Assembly: GCA_963771355.1 (NCBI GenBank)
Contig: CAVYTA010000005.1
Location: forward strand, 224,001-288,000
From: an uncultured Candidatus Rokubacteria bacterium
Lineage (GTDB): Bacteria; Methylomirabilota; Methylomirabilia; Rokubacteriales; CSP1-6
Length of the DNA: 64,000 nucleotides
Direction of reading: 5' to 3'
In this document: in pieces, positions 1-9,611 of the stretch
How the letters are laid out: every line of letters starts with the position of its first letter
Position numbering within the stretch: the first letter of the stretch is position 1
The notes under the pieces: generated by a model
What the model was told of the DNA's origin: nothing
What the model saw: the letters and a program-made list of their open reading frames with translations, nothing else
Databases searched by the model: none
Position numbers and translations under genes: made by a program

Positions 1-600
1 GAGCGGCATGGCCAGGCGGCTGACGCGGGCCCGCGAGTCGAAGCGGTTCCCGGCGAGCAGGCCCAGGGGACCGTAGTGCCGGCGCGCGACGTCGGCGAGC
101 CGGGTGAACGTCGAGACCACCGCGACTCCGGCACAGGGCCGGCGCTCCGCAAGCGCGATCGACACCGCTCCGCCGAGGGATTCGCCGAAGCAGACGATAC
201 GTGCCGGCGCGGTCCCTCGGCCGATCTCGTGGTCGAAGGCGGCGACGGCGTCCAGATAGACCCCGGCCTCACTCGGAGCCCCCGTGCTGCGCCCGTATCC
301 GCGGTAGTCGTACGCGAGGACGCGGAGCCCTCGGCGGGCGAGGGCCAGGAGGACGTCCGCGCGCCCGCCGATATTGCCGGCATTGCCGTGTGACCAGAGC
401 AGGGTCGCCCCCGGGGCCGGTCCCCCTGCGTACCAGGCGTGGATGCGCTGCCCGTCCTCCGTCGTGATCCAGCGCTCCTCGACACCGGCGGGCGGCGGCC
501 CGATGCTCCGATCGGGGAAGAACGTGTAGGCGTCGATCATGGAGCACCCAGACAAGCACACTGCCGCCGCCAGGACCAGGCCGGCAGCCCGGCGATTCAT
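1..600 (-). CDS. alpha/beta hydrolase (Bem46/ABHD13-like), probable lipoprotein; 3' end runs off the window
   Basis: Manual translation, not in the ORF track: MNRRAAGLVLAAAVCLSGC... HGNAGN, YDYRGYGRS, nucleophile motif GESLG; start overlaps the stop of the upstream permease. Confidence 0.85.
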   Translation of the reverse strand, partial: MNRRAAGLVLAAAVCLSGCSMIDAYTFFPDRSIGPPPAGVEERWITTEDGQRIHAWYAGGPAPGATLLWSHGNAGNIGGRADVLLALARRGLRVLAYDYRGYGRSTGAPSEAGVYLDAVAAFDHEIGRGTAPARIVCFGESLGGAVSIALAERRPCAGVAVVSTFTRLADVARRHYGPLGLLAGNRFDSRARVSRLAMPL

Positions 601-1492
601 GCGCGCCGGCGTCCCAGCCCGGCGAGACCTTGCGGCAGCGGCAGCACCACGACGATGAGCGTGAGCCCCAGCCCCAGCATGTAGAGATAGCGGAACTTCA
701 CGAGCAGGATCTCGCCGGCCAGGCCGAGGAAGGCGGCGCCCAGCACCGGGCCCCAGAGGGTTCCCGCGCCGCCGACCAGCGCCATGATCACGGTCTGGAA
801 GGACACCAGCGGGCTGAACACCTGCGGATCGAGGTAGGTCCAGCGGGGCGCCATGGCGGCCCCGACCGCGCCCAGGAACGACGCGCTCAGAGCAAACGTC
901 ACGATCTTCACCCGGACCGTGTCGATCCCGAGCGTCTCCGCGCGCTCCTCGTCGGCGCCGATGCCCACCAGGGCCAGCCCCCAGCGCGAGCGCCGAAGCA
1001 GGGCGGCGGTGACGACGGCGGCGCGGCGATGGCGAGGACGGTGTAGTAGAGCGCGAGGGGCCGGGCGGAGCCAGGATGAGGCGCCCGACGGTGCCGGTGA
1101 CGCTCGTCTCGTACCAGATGAGCGAGTGCTTGACCAGCTCGGCGAGGCCGAAGGTGAACACGCGAAGTAGGGGCCGCGCAGGCGAAGAGCGAGGAGCCCC
1201 ACCGCGAGCGCCAGCCGGCCGCCACCGCCGCGCCCGCCAGCACCGGGATGGGCCAGGCAGCGCGCGCGACGGTGAGCGCGCTGGCATAGGCGCCGAGGCC
1301 GAAGAAGGCGCCGGTGGCGAGCGAGAGGTAGCGCGAGGGCCCCGAGAACATCGCCCAGCCGACGGCGAGCGCCACGTCGGCAGGATGGCGAGCGTGAGCG
1401 ACGCGGTGATAGCTGGACAGCCCGGCGGGGGCGGCGAGCAGGGCGGCCGCGAGGGCCATCAGGCCGAGGGCGGGCGCGAGCCTAGCGACCAA
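597..1492 (-). CDS. branched-chain amino acid ABC transporter permease (LivM-like), frameshifted; start approximate
   Basis: Pieces in ORFs 908..1621 and 597..1202: YLSLATGAFFGLGAY, LRLRGPYF, GADEERAETLGID, GGAGTLWGPVLGA. Confidence 0.8.
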
Positions 1493-2342
1493 AGAGACCG
1501 GGGGCGGAGGACAGGATGAGGGACAGCACCCCGTAGGACGCGATGACGGAGGAGGGCGCGTACACGGCGGCGGTCTCGACCAGCCCGAGGAGGAGGGCGC
1601 CCGCGAGGCTCCCCAGGACATTGCCGAGCCCGCCCAGGATCACCACCACGAGCGCGGTGACGGTGTAGGGCAGCCCCATGAAAGGCGTGAGCTCGAAGAG
1701 CATGCTGACGAGCGAGCCGGTGGCCGCCGACATCGCGATGCCGGCGCCGAAGCACCGGCCGTGCAGGCGGGCGACGTCGATCCCTACCAGGCGGGCGCCG
1801 TCCGGTTCCTGCATGAGGGCCCGCACCGCCTTGCCGGCGAGGCTCCGCCGGAGATAGACGTAGAAGGCCAGCGAAAGGAAAAGGGCCACGCCCGCCGCCA
1901 CCATCCGGTTGGCCGGGAACACGGTGCCGAAGAGACGCACGGGCGTGGCGAGGTAGCTAAAGCCCTGGAGATCCGCGCTCCAGATCAGCAGGGCGCCGTT
2001 CTGCAGCACGAAGAGAAGGCCGAAGGACAGCAGGAGCGAGCGAGCCTCGAGCCCGCCCGCCTCACCGGCGGCGAGGACGCGCGCGTAGAGGAGCCGGTGA
2101 AGCGCGACACCCACCGCGAAGGCCGCGGGCGTGGTGACGAGCAGGGTGAGCAGCGGGGGCATCCCCCACCCCGTGTGCAGGGTGAAGGTGAGGTAGGCCC
2201 CGAGCATGAGGAACTCGCCGTGGGCCACGTTGAGCACCCGCATGAGCCCGTACTGGAGGTTCAGTCCCAGCGCGACGAGCGCGTAGATGCCGCCCGTGGT
2301 GAGCCCGCCGATGACGATGTCGGCGAGAAGCGTTCCCGTCAC
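1482..2342 (-). CDS. branched-chain amino acid ABC transporter permease (LivH-like)
   Basis: GGIYALVALGLNLQYGLMRVLNVAHGEF and ILGGLGNVLGSLAGALLLG motifs. Confidence 0.9.
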   Translation of the reverse strand: MTGTLLADIVIGGLTTGGIYALVALGLNLQYGLMRVLNVAHGEFLMLGAYLTFTLHTGWGMPPLLTLLVTTPAAFAVGVALHRLLYARVLAAGEAGGLEARSLLLSFGLLFVLQNGALLIWSADLQGFSYLATPVRLFGTVFPANRMVAAGVALFLSLAFYVYLRRSLAGKAVRALMQEPDGARLVGIDVARLHGRCFGAGIAMSAATGSLVSMLFELTPFMGLPYTVTALVVVILGGLGNVLGSLAGALLLGLVETAAVYAPSSVIASYGVLSLILSSAPGLFGR

Positions 2343-2379
2343 GGGCGCACGCTGGCCGGCGCGCCGGGCCCCCGACGGC

Positions 2380-3591
2380 TCACGCCCAGGCGGGCTTGGG
2401 CACCACCGGGATGCCCGTCGCCACGCTCTTGGGCCAGACGAGCTCGAACTCGCCTTTCTGCCACTGGCCGACCATGCCGGGCGTACTCACGTTCTCGCCC
2501 TTCACGAACTTGATGGGGCCGGCCACGGTCTGGAACTCGGTGGCGTCGAGCATGGCCTTGATCTTCGGCCGATCCAGCCCCACCTCGCCCACGCAGCGCT
2601 CCAGGATCTGCAGCGAGGCGTAGGCGAAGGCGCTCGCCCACCGGTCCGGCTCCTTCGTGTGCTTCTTGACGTGGGCGTCGTAGTACTCGCGCGCCCCCGG
2701 GAACTTCACCTTCGGGTTCCAGCCCGCGATGCCCGTCACGCCCTCGGCGCCCTTGAAGCGGTCGCGATAGAAGGGAAAGGCCGTGCCCACCGCGGTGATG
2801 AAGACGGCGGGGTTCCAGTCCACCTCCTTGGCCTGACCGGTGACGAGGATATTGTCCGGAGGATAGGTGAGCCCGATGAAGCAGTCGGCGCCGGCGGCCT
2901 TGAAGCCCTTGAGGACCGGCGAGAGGTCCTTCACGCCGAGCGGGTAGCTCTTGGTGTCCACGATCTCGATCCCCGCCTCCTTGAGCGCCGGCGCGGTGGC
3001 GGTGTTCAGCTCGATGCCGAACAGGTCATTGACGTAGGCGACGGCGACCTTGCTGATCTTGCCCTGGGCCTTGAGGTCCTTGAGATAGGCGCCGAAGGCC
3101 TTCATCTGCGGCTCCGGCTGCACGAGCATGGTGTAGAAGTTCGGGATCGCCAGCTCCTTGAACTTGGCCGAGATCGCGGTGGGCCCGATCATGAGGATAG
3201 CCGAACTTGCTCGCCACCGGGGCGATGGCGAAGTTCATGGCCGATCCCCAGGGCGGCAGCATCAGGTCCACCTTGTCGTCGGCGGCGAGCTTCTCGTAGA
3301 AGCGGACCGCGGTCTCGATCTCGCTGCGGTCGTCGATGGTCGAGGAATTCGATCGGCCGCGAGGCCCTCGCCCTTGACCGCGAGCCCCCCGCGCACGTTC
3401 ACCTGCTCCTGCCAGAGGGTGTAGTTCGGAGCCTGGGTGATCCCAGCTCCCACCGCGTACGGGCCGGTGGCCGAGAGCGTGTAGCCGATCCGCACCGCCT
3501 TGGCCTGGGCGCGCGCGCGGCCATGCCACATCGGCACCGTCGCCGCGCCTGCCGCTGCTGTCTTGAGGAACTCGCGCCTGTGCATGGTCAT
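2380..3591 (-). CDS. LIV-type ABC substrate-binding protein with Tat signal, frameshifted near 3190-3360
   Basis: N-terminus MTMHRREFLK (twin-arginine), RIGYTLSATG, DDRSEIETAVRFYEKL, continuing in ORF 2380..3192. Confidence 0.85.
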
Positions 3592-3623
3592 GTGGGTTCT
3601 CCCCCTTGGAGTCGGATGTCGGG

Positions 3624-4351
3624 TCAGACGGGAGCCGCCGTCGGCTCCCCCAGGTACGCCTGCACCACGCGAGGGTCGCGCGCCACGGTCGCGGGCGGGC
3701 CCGCGCAGATCACCTCACCGTGATGGAGCACGATGCACCGGTCGGCGGTCGCCATCACCGCGTGCATGACGTGCTCGACCCAGAAGAGTCCGATGCCGCG
3801 CTCGTCGCGGATGCGTTGGAACAGCGCGATGGCTCCGCCCACCTCGGTGGGGGTCAGCCCCGCCAGTAACTCGTCGAGCAGGAGGAAGCGCGGGCCCAGG
3901 GCGAGCGCCATCCCCAGCTCGAGGAGCTTCCGGCCCACCGCGGTGAGCGCGCGAGCGGGCGCGGCCGCCTGCCCGGCGAGGCCGACGCAGGGCCAGGAGC
4001 GCCTCGGGCGCCTCCGCCGCACGCTCGCTGAACCGGGCCGCCGCGCGGACATTGTCCAGCGGCTGACAGATCGAGGAAGGGGCGCGGCGTCTGGAAGGTG
4101 CGCCCCACGCCCAGCCGGCTGATCCGGAAGGCGGGGAGCCCCACCAGCTCGCGCGCGCCCAGACGCAGGCTTCCCGCCGACGGCCGGACGAGGCCGCTGA
4201 TCACGTTGAAGAGGGTGGTCTTGCCCGCGCCATTGGGCCCGATGAGGGCGACGATCTCCCCCTCGGCGACGCTGAAGCCCACCTCGTGGAGGACGCGGAG
4301 CCCGCCGAAGCTCTTCCCGATGCGCGCGCCGGCGAGGCTCTCCCGCGCCAT
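3624..4351 (-). CDS. ABC ATP-binding protein (LivG-like), frameshifted near 4000-4060
   Basis: Walker A GPNGAGKTT, GRTFQ, LLLDE, VEH, C-terminal DPRVVQAYLG. Confidence 0.85.
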
Positions 4352-4781
4352 CAGCCGGTCGAGGTGCCCCGGAGCCAGTCGATCACGTCCGCCGCCCCCG
4401 TGACCGAGCCGAAGTAGGTCTCCACGTTGAAGATCGTCGCCGCCTGCTGCCCCTCGGGGCCGGCCGCCATGGTGGCATCGGCGCCGAGAATGGGCCAGTA
4501 CTCGTGGAAGAACGCGTCGCGGAGGGTCGACTCCACGCAGACATTGGTGGCCACGCCGGTGAAGACCAGGTGGGTGATGCCGGCTTGAGGCCGCGCCGCC
4601 GCGCGTCGGTGATGATGCGGTGCACGGTGTCCACCACCGCGCGGGCCCCCGTGATGTCGAGCCCCGCGAGGTCGAAGAGCCCGCCCCGCTCCACGAAGGC
4701 GTTCCGCATGTCCACCACGGCGAGCGCGGCGCGCGCCGGATCGAGCGCGAGCGGGTGGGGACGGGCCGCCAAGGTGCCCAT
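4351..4781 (-). pseudogene. RutB-like isochorismatase/cysteine hydrolase with an internal deletion and frameshift
   Basis: N-terminus ([24 protein letters not shown]) abuts the C-terminus ([24 protein letters not shown]) out of frame near 4585; the middle of the family fold is missing. Confidence 0.7.
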
Positions 4782-4797
4782 GGGCGCGAGCGGGAGG

Positions 4798-5865
4798 CTA
4801 CGACGCGCCGAGGGCCTTCTCGACGAACATCTTGGCGTCGAACTCGTCGGCCACCTTGGCGTCGTTCTCGAGGATGGCGAGGGCGTCCACCTGGGCAAAC
4901 TCCATCACGCCCATGTCCTCGTAGGCCTTGCGCACCCGCGGGCCCCAGAGGCCGATGTCCTTGACGGTGGGGACGATTCTCGAGAAGAGCCGCGTGCGGA
5001 ACATCTTCATGTACTCGGACTTCTCGACCGCCTCCACGCATTCCTTCACCGGCAGCCCGAGGTTCTCCCACACCTCGCCCTGGTTGAACCGGTCGCGCAT
5101 GTGGTAGCAGGCCTCCACCACGAACTCCTCGCGCTCGTCCCGCTCGGCGTCGGTGAGCTCCGGGTAGTACTCGCGGAGCGCCAGGCGGCCGAAGGCGACG
5201 TGGCGCGCCTCGTCCTGCATGACGTAGGCGTTGACGCCGGCGGCGAGCGTGTTCGACGAGGTGTCGCGGATGCGCTGGAAGGCGGCGAGCGCCAGGCCCT
5301 CGATCAGGACCTGCATCCCGAGATAGGTCATGTCCCAGCGCTTGTCGGTGATGGTGCTCTCCAGGAGGAGCGCGAGGGTACGGGTGATGGGATAGGCGAG
5401 CTTGACCTTCTCGTGCAGCAGCCGCGCGTAGGCCTCGACGTGGCGGGCCTCGTCCATCACCTGGGTGGCCGCGTAGAACTTCGCCTGGATGCTGGGGACG
5501 GTCTGGACGATCTTGGCCGTCGCGATCAGCGCGCCCTGCTCACCGTGCATGAACTGCGAAAGGGTGTGGGCCTGGAGGTTGCGCCGTACGTGGGCCCGCT
5601 CCTTGGCGTCGAGCCGGTTCCAGAGGTCGGTGCCGTAGATCGCGATGGTGCGGTCGTCGAGCCCCATGGGATTGTCCGGATCCACCGGCAGCGACCAATC
5701 GAGCCGCTCGGCGGCGTCCCACTGCTGCTTCTTGCCCTTCCCGTAGAGCTTCAGCAGATCCGCGCTGCCGTCCTCGTATTCCCAGGTGAAGGCGGTGGTG
5801 GTCTGGCCCTCGACCTTCCACTGCGTCTGCTCGACGGGCAGGCGGTACAGGAACTGGCTCGACAT
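4798..5865 (-). CDS. ferritin-like diiron protein (AurF/N-oxygenase-like)
   Basis: HGEQGA and two DEARH diiron motifs; GGAGGT Shine-Dalgarno before the ATG at 5865. Confidence 0.8.
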   Translation of the reverse strand: MSSQFLYRLPVEQTQWKVEGQTTTAFTWEYEDGSADLLKLYGKGKKQQWDAAERLDWSLPVDPDNPMGLDDRTIAIYGTDLWNRLDAKERAHVRRNLQAHTLSQFMHGEQGALIATAKIVQTVPSIQAKFYAATQVMDEARHVEAYARLLHEKVKLAYPITRTLALLLESTITDKRWDMTYLGMQVLIEGLALAAFQRIRDTSSNTLAAGVNAYVMQDEARHVAFGRLALREYYPELTDAERDEREEFVVEACYHMRDRFNQGEVWENLGLPVKECVEAVEKSEYMKMFRTRLFSRIVPTVKDIGLWGPRVRKAYEDMGVMEFAQVDALAILENDAKVADEFDAKMFVEKALGAS

Positions 5866-5965
5866 CGGGTGTGACCTCCAATCCAGGTTTCGCACCGAGG
5901 CCCGCGGGCCTTCGCCCCGGCCAATTGTCGGAAAATCATATCATTCGCGTTCGCCGGGCACCAGA

Positions 5966-5991
5966 CGCCAGGCGGCCATTGCCAGGGCGCC
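5966..5991 (+). repeat. 26-bp direct repeat, left copy (CGCCAGGCGGCCATTGCCAGGGCGCC)
   Basis: Identical to 9563..9588. Confidence 0.95.
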
Positions 5992-6219
5992 CCAGGAAGG
6001 AAATACTGCCGACGTTAGCTTACCCCGCTTCCGGGATCGGTCCACGTCTTGGCTTCATGAATCAGAAGGACGGCACTTCCTTTCAGCCGGTCCCATGAGA
6101 GCGGAACAACATACCCCGTTACCCAGTCGTTAGTCCCTAACCTCGGTAGTCCCGAAAGCTCGCATCATAACAGGAGCAACTATTGCCCGCCAATGCTGGG
6201 CCCGTCTCGTCCTGACGCG

Positions 6220-6235
6220 AGGCACGGCATATGCA
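6220..6235 (+). promoter_or_regulatory. sigma-54 (-24/-12) promoter upstream of the CsbD-like gene
   Basis: AGGCACG-GCAT-ATGCA fits TGGCACG-N4-TTGC with exact spacing. Confidence 0.6.
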
Positions 6236-6281
6236 GTCCCCCTGAAGAAGCGGATGCCTAACAGACAGTGGAGGACAATTT

Positions 6282-6728
6282 ATGAACGCGGATGTCTTTG
6301 CAGGCCAGTGGAAGCACATGCGCGGTGACGTGAAATCGTGGTGGGGGAAACTCTCCGACTACGACGTAGACAGAATCGAGGGTCAAAAGGACAAGCTGAT
6401 CGGCTTAGTGCAAGAGAAATACGGATATGCTCGCGCTCAGGCCGAGCAAGAGGTCGAGCGGCGATTCAAGGAGTGGAATGACAAAACGGGCGGGACGTTC
6501 GCCAAAATGACGGCCACCGCTCAGGAGCTCGGGGCGAGTGCCGCCACCAGAGCGAACGAAACGGCCACAGTCGTCGGGGAGAAGATCGCGTCGGCTGGCT
6601 CGTACTTGCGGGACAAGAAATTTGCCGACCTGGCACCCGGCGTTACTTCGTTGATCCGCACCTACCCGGTCCAATCTTTACTCATTGGTATCGGCTTTGG
6701 CTATTTGCTTGGCCGGCGCTCGTGGTAA
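6282..6728 (+). CDS. CsbD-family stress protein with an ElaB/YqjD-like C-terminal membrane anchor
   Basis: MNADVFAGQWKHMRG..WWGKLSD.D..RIEG..DKLIGLVQEKYG; C-terminal YPVQSLLIGIGFGYLLGRR; GGAGG RBS. Confidence 0.85.
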   Translation: MNADVFAGQWKHMRGDVKSWWGKLSDYDVDRIEGQKDKLIGLVQEKYGYARAQAEQEVERRFKEWNDKTGGTFAKMTATAQELGASAATRANETATVVGEKIASAGSYLRDKKFADLAPGVTSLIRTYPVQSLLIGIGFGYLLGRRSW

Positions 6729-7260
6729 GGGCGACGCCTGCGATGAAGCGCCCCGGTCGATCTCTCCCTGGTCGCGAGGCTCTGCCAACTCCATGTGCCG
6801 CGTCGGCGGAGCTTTTTCACGGCGTCATTCGCGCCGGTATTCTTGGAGGACCATTTACGGCCCCGTCGCATCCGCTCACGTTTTCCAGGCCGTCGTACTT
6901 GGCAGACGCCTTGCTCATCCAAGGGAAGGGAACCCAATGAGGCAGCTGTTTCTTACCAGTTTGGTCGTGGAGATTAGTCTCACGGCGGCGTGCCCTCGAG
7001 GAGGAATCAGGACCGTCCGACCCCAGGAAGCCCTCCGATCGACGCCGTGCAGCGGCCAAGACCTTCAGGGACTCGTCACCGCGCTACGCGCAGCACAGGA
7101 TCGGCGACGAACGCTAGAGCAGAACCTCGCCACGCTCAACTCCGACGCCGTTCCCGTGGGTAATCGATACCGGGTAACACAGACTCACCTCAGACTCGCC
7201 AACCACAATTGCGACAGCGTAAAGACCGCCAAACCTTCAACGAATGAGTGAGGACACTTC

Positions 7261-7470
7261 ATGAACGGCGGTACCTCTGACGATAAAACGGTGGGGAAAG
7301 TCGCCACAATGACTGCCGCGGCTCAGGAGCTCGGGGCGACTTACGCCACCAAGGCGAACGAAGCGGCCACAGTCGTCGGCGAGAAGATCGGATCGCTGGC
7401 GACCTTGATCCGGGAAAACGCTCCGCACGAAGGCGGCCTTGGTTATTTGCTTGCCCGGCGCTCGAGGTGA
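7261..7470 (+). pseudogene. shortened paralog of the C-terminal half of the CsbD-like gene
   Basis: MTAAAQELGA..ATKANEAATVVGEKIG and GLGYLLARRSR closely match 6282..6728 at DNA and protein level. Confidence 0.6.
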
Positions 7471-7712
7471 ACATGGAGCGCGGATCGCCACGCCGCGTGA
7501 GGCCAGGCTTCCTGTCATTGATCGGCGGCATCGCGACTGATGCCAAAGAATTGCTGCTTCGGCGGCATCGGGAGCGTCGGGACCGGCGGCTTCACTTTGC
7601 CGGTTCGCTGAAATTTGTTGACGAGATCGGCGGCATGGACTATCCCGCATTTCACGCTCCTCCTCCGGGCCCCCGCCGGAACTCACTTTCGGGAAGTCGG
7701 GGAAACGTCGTG

Positions 7713-8429
7713 ATGCATCGTGCCGTTGCCATCCTGTTGGTGCTGATCGTCGTTGTGCCCTCGGGGTGCGCTTCCACGTCTCCGCCTCAACCCACCGCGC
7801 GTCCGTTCGAGAACCTCCGCCAGCTCGTTGTCGTCGCGTCCGGCGATACCACCTTCGCGGTGACCGAGCACAGCGCGGAGCCCGGCCGCACGTTCGACGA
7901 GATCCTGAAGTGGGGCTCATTTGGCGGCTGGTGGTGGAAGCCCGCCGCCGACCTCGCCCACCGAGGGATCAACTGGCTGCTCCAGCTCAACCGCAAGTCC
8001 GACGCCAGCGCGGGCCTCGGGGGCGTCTCGCCGCGCGAGGTGGTCGCCGCGGCCTTCGCCTCGACTCTCCTCGCGAGCGGACAGTACGACGAGATCACCA
8101 CACTCACGGCCGAGCCCAGCGGCGACGATCGCCGAAGCACGGACGCGATCGTACGGCTCGCCGTGCCGGCGTGGGGCCTGGTGCGCGTGCGCGAGGGCGA
8201 ACCCGATCTTCACTCCACGTTCGCGGACGTGCGCGCCGAACTGGTCTTGCGGGGCACGGGCGTCATCGTCTGGAAGCGTTCCGAGGACGTCACGGATTTT
8301 GAGCGTGTGCCCCTCGCCACGTTCTCCGCCGATCGTAATTTCACGCGCCAGCAGCTGATCGACGTTCTGGAACGCGGGGGCCAACGCCTCGCCAGCGAGC
8401 TGCTCTATGCGAGAAGCGCCGGCCGATGA
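7713..8429 (+). CDS. hypothetical lipoprotein
   Basis: Hydrophobic signal ending in lipobox VPSGC; stop overlaps the next start (ATGA). Confidence 0.65.
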   Translation: MHRAVAILLVLIVVVPSGCASTSPPQPTARPFENLRQLVVVASGDTTFAVTEHSAEPGRTFDEILKWGSFGGWWWKPAADLAHRGINWLLQLNRKSDASAGLGGVSPREVVAAAFASTLLASGQYDEITTLTAEPSGDDRRSTDAIVRLAVPAWGLVRVREGEPDLHSTFADVRAELVLRGTGVIVWKRSEDVTDFERVPLATFSADRNFTRQQLIDVLERGGQRLASELLYARSAGR

Positions 8430-9031
8430 ACGCCGGCCGCTCGGTGGCGATTGCGGCACTCCTGTGTAGCCTGGCGCTGGCTTCGGGCGCCGGGTGCGCG
8501 CGCAATCAGAGGCTCGACGTGGGCTACCCGGAGGCCGGCGTCAACCGCGCGCTGCTGGCCTCGGTACCGCCGCAGCGCGTCGGCATCAGCCCGGTCGTCG
8601 ATCGTCGACTGGACACGAGCCGTATCGGCTCCCTGCCGAACGACGGCCGGGCCATGGTGACGCGCCGCCCCGTCAGCGACATTGTGCGCGACGCGCTCAC
8701 GGTCGAGGTCAGCCGTAACGGTCACGTGGTGCTTCCCGACGCCCAGGATGTGGTGCTCGCTGCCGAGGTCGAAGAGTTCTGGCTCGACGTGGTCGTCGGC
8801 CGCTCGCATGCGCAGTATGTCGGCAAGGTCGTACTCGCGCTCGCCGTGATCGACGGCCGCAACGGCGAAACGTTGTTCACCAGGCACTACGCCGCCACTA
8901 AACGTCGCGAGGCCGATGCCGACGCCAAGGACGTCGCCCGCGAGGTGATGGATGCCGCGCTGGCCCGCACGCTGCACGACTTCGCCACTGACCCGCAAGT
9001 GGTCGCCGCGTTCGACCGTCGCGCTCGCTGA
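8426..9031 (+). CDS. lipoprotein, YajG-like
   Basis: Lipobox GAGC; VVDRR..RIG motif and alpha/beta pattern resembling YajG-type lipoproteins. Confidence 0.6.
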   Translation: MNAGRSVAIAALLCSLALASGAGCARNQRLDVGYPEAGVNRALLASVPPQRVGISPVVDRRLDTSRIGSLPNDGRAMVTRRPVSDIVRDALTVEVSRNGHVVLPDAQDVVLAAEVEEFWLDVVVGRSHAQYVGKVVLALAVIDGRNGETLFTRHYAATKRREADADAKDVAREVMDAALARTLHDFATDPQVVAAFDRRAR

Positions 9032-9286
9032 CGTGCCGAGCTCCCTCGATCCAAACGTGCGTCGCCGCGCGATGGTACGCTAGGGCTTCACCTGTTCTAG
9101 GTACGAGATCATATGGTCTAGTGTAAGTGGGGTTTCGAAGCCGTTCGAGCGGTTGCGGCCGCGAGCTTGGTTGCCTCCTGCGCGGCCGGCCGGGAGACGT
9201 CAAGTAGCGGCACAGTCGGCACAATTGAGTGACATTCCTGAGTGAAGTCTGGGTAAATGAAAAGGGGCTAACCCCCTCGTCGTTCA

Positions 9287-9333
9287 TGGCTGCGGGGGCT
9301 GGATTTGAACAGCGACCCTTGGGTTATGAGCCC
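9287..9333 (-). tRNA. 3' half only of a tRNA-Met(CAT), fMet-like; att-core remnant, not a functional tRNA
   Basis: Minus strand GGG-CTCATAA-CCC AAGGGTC GCTG-TTCAAAT-CCAGC CCCCGCAGCCA: GGG/CCC anticodon stem, T-loop, CCA end; no 5' half upstream. Confidence 0.8.
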
Positions 9334-9562
9334 TTTCCCGTTCGCGACCACAGCCCACGCCACAAACAACACGTCGTAAACTAGCGCCTCTCACGCAAGT
9401 GACTTGGGCGCTCTTTGGCTCTCGTTGGGAGCAACTTCCTGGGTAATTCCCGGGTGAAGTCTGGGTGCGACGATGCGCGCTTGATGGCGACCGTGACAGC
9501 GCTGCTCCGTCTGGTTCCGTAAGCCTCCTACCGAACCTTGGTTCTCGAAGGCTTTTCGTTGC

Positions 9563-9588
9563 CGCCAGGCGGCCATTGCCAGGGCGCC
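9563..9588 (+). repeat. 26-bp direct repeat, right copy; contains the -35 (TTGCCA) of the SDR promoter
   Basis: Identical to 5966..5991; TTGCCA-17 nt-TAAGGT-7 nt-ATG. Confidence 0.95.
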
Positions 9589-9611
9589 GGGGCCACGCTA
9601 AGGTACGCGCC

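Larger units (their letters stand above)
5966..9588. mobile_element. putative small genomic island/insertion of ~3.6 kb with no intact integrase
   Basis: Perfect 26-bp terminal direct repeats, visibly lower GC in parts, gene fragments and a tRNA 3' fragment, inserted between divergent host genes. Confidence 0.65.

Noticed and set aside
9287..9333. Functional tRNA-Met gene
   Set aside because: No D-arm or 5' acceptor strand, and one T-stem base is missing; treated as an att-core fragment
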